From Oligoflexales bacterium (lineage in GTDB: Bacteria > Bdellovibrionota_B > Oligoflexia > Oligoflexales > RGVZ01), in the NCBI GenBank assembly GCA_044236265.1, contig JBIIGV010000086.1:1-11946 (forward strand): DNA of 11,946 nt, given 5' to 3'. Positions 6,926 to 11,946 of this stretch are shown in pieces. Numbering within the stretch: position 1 is the first letter of the stretch; every line of letters starts with the position of its first letter. A program made the position numbers and the translations under genes. The notes under the pieces were generated by a model. That model had not been told where the DNA came from, did no database searches, and worked only from the letters and a program-made list of their open reading frames with translations.

Positions 6926-8422
6926 ATGATTAGAAAACTAGCCTCCAGCGTGGGCGATGATGTTTTAAAAATGCAAGGTACCCGCGTATTTGTGCTCGGC
7001 GACTTGATCCTTGATACTTATGTCACTGGTAAAGTGAGTCGTATATCTCCAGAAGCACCAGTTCCAGTTGTGCTTGAACAAAAGCAATGGGCTGTGCTTG
7101 GTGGCGCAGCCAACGTCGCAGCAAACATTGCGGACTTTGGCGGTAAAGTCACGCTGGCAGGACGCATCGGGCAAGATGCGGACGGACAGCGGTTTGAGCA
7201 AATTTGCCAGGAGCTCGGCGTAGACACATCCGCCCTTTTGAAAAACGCTCAGCATCCTACCACAAGAAAACTTCGCGTGATGGCCGGGTACCAGCAAGTC
7301 GTGCGGATTGACAGTGAGACAAGTGCAATCATTACTCCGAGCGAAGAAGATCTTCTTGAAGAGAAAGCAAAGCTATTCGTCAACTTAAAAGGCCCCAAAG
7401 CACTTGTAATCAGTGACTACGGTAAAGGTGTTTGCACACCAACGTTGTTGCAAAGAGTCATTAAACTTGCAAATACCCACCACGTGCCAGTCATCACAGA
7501 CCCTAAGTCTCTCGATATGAAGCGTTACAACGGAACAACGCTCATCAAGCCCAACCTCTCGGAAGGGCGAGACATCCTTAAAATCACAAAGCCTGGAGTC
7601 AAATTCCCGTCATTTGACACTGAAGTTGATTCTCTTTGTCAGGCCATCTTAGAGTCAAGTGGTGCTCGTAATGTGGTTTTATCACTGAGTGATAAAGGCG
7701 TAACTATACGTGGGAAAGATGTTGAAGGATCCGAACATTTTGAATCGACTGCACTACAGGTGGCTGACGTGAGCGGAGCCGGCGATACCATGGTTGCCTT
7801 TCTAGCCATGGGAATGGGAGCAGCAGTCGGTGCATCTAGAAGCGTGCAACTCGCCAACATTGCAGCCGGCATCGTCTGCGGAAAACTGGGAACCGCTACT
7901 CTTACAGCAGCGGAATTTCTTGACGCCTTCAAATCTGAAACTGGAGAGACGCAGCCAGAAAAGGTGTTGCCTCGTCAGGAGCTTTGCCAAATTCTTGCCC
8001 AGGCGAGAGAAGAAGGCAAAAAAGTGGTTTTTACCAACGGCTGTTTTGACCTGCTTCATGCTGGTCACATTGAATCCCTACAAAAATCCAAATCATTTGG
8101 TGATCTGCTGATCGTGGCACTGAATAGCGACGAAAGCGTTCGTAAGCTAAAAGGTCCGTCTCGCCCACTACAGAGCGAAGACGACCGCGCTCGGATCATG
8201 GCAGCCCTTGCTTGCGTTGACTACGTGACCATTTTTGGCGAGGAGACCCCCCACTCACTGATTCTGGAACTTAAACCGAATGTTTTAGTCAAAGGTGGTG
8301 ATTACACGGTCGATACGATTGTTGGTGCTAAAGAGGTTATCGCCTGGGGCGGACGAGTGGAGGTCATTCCTCTCGTTGATGGTCGCAGCACATCATCATT
8401 GGTGCAAAAAGCGAAGCATTGA
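6926..8422 (+). CDS. hldE: Bifunctional D-beta-D-heptose 7-phosphate kinase / heptose 1-phosphate adenylyltransferase
   Basis: Kinase half has RISPEAPVPV, GGAANVA, SDYGKG, KPN and DVSGAGDT. Adenylyltransferase half has VFTNGCFDLLHAGH, NSDESVRKLKGPSRP, LVKGGDY and GRSTS. The ATG at 6926 has SD GGAG; the ORF is open from 6878. Confidence 0.95.
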   Translation: MIRKLASSVGDDVLKMQGTRVFVLGDLILDTYVTGKVSRISPEAPVPVVLEQKQWAVLGGAANVAANIADFGGKVTLAGRIGQDADGQRFEQICQELGVDTSALLKNAQHPTTRKLRVMAGYQQVVRIDSETSAIITPSEEDLLEEKAKLFVNLKGPKALVISDYGKGVCTPTLLQRVIKLANTHHVPVITDPKSLDMKRYNGTTLIKPNLSEGRDILKITKPGVKFPSFDTEVDSLCQAILESSGARNVVLSLSDKGVTIRGKDVEGSEHFESTALQVADVSGAGDTMVAFLAMGMGAAVGASRSVQLANIAAGIVCGKLGTATLTAAEFLDAFKSETGETQPEKVLPRQELCQILAQAREEGKKVVFTNGCFDLLHAGHIESLQKSKSFGDLLIVALNSDESVRKLKGPSRPLQSEDDRARIMAALACVDYVTIFGEETPHSLILELKPNVLVKGGDYTVDTIVGAKEVIAWGGRVEVIPLVDGRSTSSLVQKAKH

Positions 8423-8439
8423 TCGGGGAGTCCACCCAA

Positions 8440-9303
8440 TTGAAAAAGATCGTCACCATCCAAAAGTCAAGAAGCAATCACTGGGTTGGCAACGGCTTTC
8501 CCGTCCGCAACATGTTTGGCTACAACGATCTAGGCAAGAAAATTTCACCATTTCTACTTTTAGACTACGCCGGTCCTCATGAGTTTCCGCCGTCGTCTGG
8601 CCAGAAAGGCGTCGGCGAGCATCCTCATCGCGGTTTTGAAACCGTAACGATCATTTACAGTGGCGAGGTCACCCACAGAGATTCTTCTGGGAGTACAGGA
8701 ACTATAGGCCCCGGAGATGTTCAGTGGATGACTGCCGGCGCAGGCGTTCTTCACGAGGAGATGCACAGCGAGGCTTTCCAGAAAGCCGGCGGTTTATTTG
8801 AGGTCATTCAACTTTGGGTTAATCTCAGAGCCAAAGACAAATCTCTTAGGCCCCGTTATCAGACACTTTCGCAATCAGATATCCCAACTGTAGATCTTCC
8901 GAACCAAGCGGGGAAGCTTCGCATCATCGCAGGCGAATACTTGGGGAAAAAGGGGCCTGCGGTCACACAAACACCGGTCAATCTATGGGATATTCGCCTT
9001 AAAGCAGGTCAACCTGTGGAGTTAACCGTTCCGGAGAATCATACTGCTGTGCTGTTCTGTCTCAGCGGTCGATGCAAGACTGATGACAACCAACAGTTTG
9101 GTGAGGTCGAACTTGCCGTTTTTGACAGCGCTGAAAGTACAATTGCCTTAACTGCAGAAACAGACTCAAAACTTTTATTCATGGGCGGAGAACCACTGGG
9201 CGAACCCATGGTCGGTCTTGGTCCTTTTGTGATGAATTCGCGGGAAGAAATCACCCAAGCATTTCTTGATTACGAGGCCGGCACTATCGGGCGCTACGAA
9301 TAG
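8440..9303 (+). CDS. Pirin family protein (bicupin, metal-binding)
   Basis: Motifs SPFLLLD, HPHRGFETVT, HRDS, QWMTAGAGVLHEE, QLWVNL and GPFVMN. The TTG at 8440 follows SD GGGGAG; an alternative TTG at 8419 overlaps the hldE stop. Confidence 0.93.
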   Translation: MKKIVTIQKSRSNHWVGNGFPVRNMFGYNDLGKKISPFLLLDYAGPHEFPPSSGQKGVGEHPHRGFETVTIIYSGEVTHRDSSGSTGTIGPGDVQWMTAGAGVLHEEMHSEAFQKAGGLFEVIQLWVNLRAKDKSLRPRYQTLSQSDIPTVDLPNQAGKLRIIAGEYLGKKGPAVTQTPVNLWDIRLKAGQPVELTVPENHTAVLFCLSGRCKTDDNQQFGEVELAVFDSAESTIALTAETDSKLLFMGGEPLGEPMVGLGPFVMNSREEITQAFLDYEAGTIGRYE

Positions 9304-9310
9304 GCACTCA

Positions 9311-10183
9311 TTACTTTTTTGCGACACGAATTAAAGACTCTTGAGCTACGGACGCCATGAGCTGTCCGTCATGACTAAAAATCTGACCGCGGTTAAATCC
9401 GCGGGCACCCGCTGCTGATGGACTATCTTTGGCGTAGAGCATCCACCCATCAAGATCAACGGCGCGATGAAACCAAAGGGAGTGATCAAGACTGGCAATT
9501 TGAATTCCAGGCTTAAAGAAAGTAAAGCCATGGGGCATCCCGGCCGTAGAAGCTAAACCAAAATCTGAGGCATAAGCCAACACAGCCTGATGCAGATAGG
9601 GATCAGGATCTTGCACTGAACCCAGAGTTCTGAACCATGAATTTTTTATGGCTGGTCGCTGCTCAGGCGAAAAATAATCTACGGGATCTGCTACCCGAAT
9701 CTCAATGGCCCGATCTGCTGTCAATGCATCGCGGGCCTTTTCGGGAATCTTTTCTTTCACGCTCCGCACACGCTCCAGTTCGCTAAGAAGGCCGTCAGGC
9801 CCCTTTACATTTTGCGGCATGGAATCCTGATGCGAGAATCCTGGTTCCAACCTTTGAAATGAAGCCGACATTGAAAATATCGCAACACCACCCTGCTTTG
9901 CAACGACAAGCCTGGTTGAAAAACTTTGCCCACTACGCACGCGGTCCACTTCGTAATGAATCGGTTCATTGGTGCGACCGAGACGCAAAAAATATCCATG
10001 AAGGGAGTGACACAACCGATCGGATTCTACGGTCTGAGCTGCGGCCATCAGCGACTGCGCAAGGACATGGCCTCCAAAAAGCTGGCCAAAACCGAGATCC
10101 TGCGCATGCCCAACAAAGACGTCACTTTCAACAGGTGTGACTTTTAATAGCTTGAGCAAATTATCAAGTGGGCTTACCGACAT
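9311..10183 (-). CDS. tesB: Acyl-CoA thioesterase II
   Basis: Motifs LFGGHVLAQSL, HSLHGYFLR, SFSTR, LAYASDF, ASLDHSLWFHR and SVAQESLIR. SD-like AGGGGA precedes the ATG at 10183. Confidence 0.93.
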   Translation of the reverse strand: MSVSPLDNLLKLLKVTPVESDVFVGHAQDLGFGQLFGGHVLAQSLMAAAQTVESDRLCHSLHGYFLRLGRTNEPIHYEVDRVRSGQSFSTRLVVAKQGGVAIFSMSASFQRLEPGFSHQDSMPQNVKGPDGLLSELERVRSVKEKIPEKARDALTADRAIEIRVADPVDYFSPEQRPAIKNSWFRTLGSVQDPDPYLHQAVLAYASDFGLASTAGMPHGFTFFKPGIQIASLDHSLWFHRAVDLDGWMLYAKDSPSAAGARGFNRGQIFSHDGQLMASVAQESLIRVAKK

Positions 10184-10299
10184 AAAATCCCCTAACGCGG
10201 CGCAAATTGTCACATCTCATTTCCGAGACTGATGTTACTACACAGCGATTACCAGCATCAAATGATCGCTTAAACCAAATATTTAATTCTTATTTATCT

Positions 10300-10317
10300 A
10301 TTTTAGCAAACTAAAAT
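10300..10317. promoter_or_regulatory. Operator-like inverted repeat in the divergent tesB / htpX-operon promoter region
   Basis: Perfect ATTTTAG-CAAA-CTAAAAT, with outer TCTA/TAGA symmetry, in an AT-rich intergenic stretch. Confidence 0.45.
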
Positions 10318-10361
10318 TTAGACCGAAGATTATTCGTGTCGAAACAAAAGAGGAGAATACC

Positions 10362-10841
10362 GTGATGGACCAGCACACATTCATGCATTTAGCTCAAAAG
10401 TACAAGAAGCCGATCATCATCGGCATTTTAGCCATTTCAGCCACCATGATTCTTCTCGTATCTTTGGTCATTTGGGGTGCATACAAGGTTTTTTTAAGCC
10501 CCAGCCAAACACAACCCGTGGCAGTCAGCATCGACAAAGAGACGCTTACAACAACACCATCTCCTGAATCTGTGACGACTTTTGGAAATGCTGCATTAGC
10601 AGTATTTCAAGGTGCTCTAACCGAAAGCCTTAAGTCCCAGGAAGGGAACTCTTTCGTTGATGGACTTGCATGCGTCAACGCTATGGGAGGACCTGCGCCT
10701 GATGTCATGATTCAGCATCTGCGCTCTCGTTTGTCCGATGAAAAACTCCAATCCAAATTAAGCGCTATCGAGAAGCAGATCACAAACCAAGTGCGGTCGC
10801 GAGGCAGTACAGCCTGTGTGTCTTGGTTCATGGGTGGTTAA
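10362..10841 (+). CDS. Hypothetical single-pass membrane protein
   Basis: SD GAGGAG precedes GTG 10362 / ATG 10365. KYKK is followed by one transmembrane helix, a Ser/Thr/Pro-rich linker and a helical domain with two Cys. Confidence 0.8.
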   Translation: MMDQHTFMHLAQKYKKPIIIGILAISATMILLVSLVIWGAYKVFLSPSQTQPVAVSIDKETLTTTPSPESVTTFGNAALAVFQGALTESLKSQEGNSFVDGLACVNAMGGPAPDVMIQHLRSRLSDEKLQSKLSAIEKQITNQVRSRGSTACVSWFMGG

Positions 10842-10867
10842 TAAATTTACGACACGGAGGAAATATC

Positions 10868-11764
10868 ATGAATTTAGGAAAACGATTCTTTCTTTTCATC
10901 GCAGTCAATCTTCTAATTGTTTTGACGATTACAACAGTGCTCAACCTATTTGGAGTGCAACCTTACCTCACATCTAACGGCATAGACCTTCCTGCGTTGA
11001 TGCTATTTTGTACCATTTGGGGATTTGGCGGCGCATTTATTTCGCTCGCTCTCTCCCGAATGATGGCCAAATGGATGATGGGAGTTCGTCTGATCTCGCA
11101 GGATACGAGACACTCCGATGAGCGGTGGGTACTTGAAACAGTGAATCGACTTGCGTCGCAGTCCGGACTACCCCAGTGTCCAGAGGTTGGTATTTATGAG
11201 AGTCCTGATCCAAATGCGTTTGCCACTGGTCCAACAAAATCTCGCGCCCTCGTGGCAGTATCCACGGGGCTACTTCGAACAATGAATCGTACAGAGATCG
11301 AAGGTGTCCTGGCACACGAAGTCGCTCATATTGCAAATGGCGACATGGTGACCATGACCCTTGTGCAGGGTGTTGTAAACGCATTTGTCATGTTTTTTGC
11401 AAGAATATTGGCCTGGTTTGCGAGTCAATTCGTAGACGAAGACAAAAGAAGCATTGTGAATTTCATCGCGGTTCTGCTCTTTGAAATCGCATTCAGCATA
11501 TTGGGGATGATTTTGGTCGCAGCATTTTCCCGTCACCGAGAGTTTAGAGCGGATGCTGGTGCGGCCAGCCTCGCTGGTAAGGACAAGATGATTGCCGCAT
11601 TGAAGTCGTTACAGAATTTCAGCGCAAGGCAGCCCGATGCCCCCGCAGGAATCGCCACTCTGCAAATATCGTCGCGACCAGGAGGATCCCTTCTAGCTCT
11701 GATTTCAACTCACCCACCTCTTGAGGTGCGTATTGCGAGACTTCAACAGACCTACCGCTCGTAG
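10868..11764 (+). CDS. htpX: Membrane zinc metalloprotease HtpX (M48)
   Basis: Motifs GFGGAFISL, PNAFATG, VAVSTGLL, HEVAH (HExxH) followed by NGDMVTMTL, FSRHREFRAD and THPPLEVRI. SD GGAGG precedes the ATG at 10868. Confidence 0.96.
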   Translation: MNLGKRFFLFIAVNLLIVLTITTVLNLFGVQPYLTSNGIDLPALMLFCTIWGFGGAFISLALSRMMAKWMMGVRLISQDTRHSDERWVLETVNRLASQSGLPQCPEVGIYESPDPNAFATGPTKSRALVAVSTGLLRTMNRTEIEGVLAHEVAHIANGDMVTMTLVQGVVNAFVMFFARILAWFASQFVDEDKRSIVNFIAVLLFEIAFSILGMILVAAFSRHREFRADAGAASLAGKDKMIAALKSLQNFSARQPDAPAGIATLQISSRPGGSLLALISTHPPLEVRIARLQQTYRS

Positions 11765-11784
11765 CCTTATAAACGCATCACTGA

Positions 11785-11811
11785 CCTACGCAGCCAGCAT
11801 GGCTGCGTAGG
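11785..11811 (+). terminator. Strong hairpin after htpX (possible terminator or mRNA 3'-stabilising stem)
   Basis: Perfect 12-bp inverted repeat CCTACGCAGCCA-GCA-TGGCTGCGTAGG, 20 nt after the stop codon. There is no U-tract on either side, so it is not a canonical intrinsic terminator. Confidence 0.5.
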
Positions 11812-11936
11812 CATCAAGGTTTCAACGGGCAAAACAACCTTTGCCGCCAAACTCCGGCCGTATTGCTGGGTGATGATTATCTACTAGCGATGTGGACTTT
11901 CTCTCGGTAGATTACCGAAGGAGTGAGGGGGGGGCT
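11811..11936 (+). ncRNA. Candidate structured RNA / 5' leader of unknown family
   Basis: Several nested stems with many G-U pairs can be drawn by hand (see findings). No known family matched completely. Confidence 0.3.
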
Positions 11937-11946
11937 GTGCACACTA

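Noticed and set aside
10303..10314. CIRCE element upstream of htpX
   Set aside because: Only TTAGCA matches; the arm sequence and 9-nt spacer do not fit the consensus.
6965..11536. Many short alternative-frame or antisense ORFs inside hldE, pirin, tesB and htpX
   Set aside because: All are nested in confidently identified genes and have no independent support.
11890..11946. Resemblance to RNase P RNA (GAGAAAGTCC on the minus strand), glycine riboswitch (ACCGAAGGAG), or tRNA-Ala/tmRNA 5' end (GGGGCTG)
   Set aside because: Each match is a single short word and the other conserved elements are missing. An RNase P RNA would also run into htpX.
1..11946. CRISPR array, IS element, integrase, prophage or defence island
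   Set aside because: I saw no regularly spaced repeats or terminal inverted repeats, and no transposase, recombinase, reverse transcriptase or nuclease motifs.

Overview
This is a gene-dense bacterial chromosomal window of roughly 50% GC. The host is probably in Bdellovibrionota/Oligoflexia, an inference from the DgcB-like FHA-GGDEF gene and the lipoprotein style. The left part is a minus-strand four-gene unit: FHA-GGDEF diguanylate cyclase, lipoprotein, soluble hypothetical protein, and a membrane protein truncated by the window edge. Divergent from it on the plus strand is ugd-gmhA-secB-M14 metallocarboxypeptidase. An oppositely oriented PA14-domain lipoprotein follows, then hldE-pirin, a convergent tesB, and a hypothetical membrane protein-htpX pair. 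The last ~170 nt are non-coding and can fold into an unusually elaborate structure that covers a probable downstream ribosome-binding site. I found no mobile element, CRISPR array, tRNA or rRNA. The best leads are the candidate structured RNA at the right end, the DgcB-like signalling operon with three uncharacterised partners, and canonical SecB translationally coupled to a secreted peptidase inside a heptose/UDP-glucuronate locus. All assignments come from motif recognition by eye; no searches were run.
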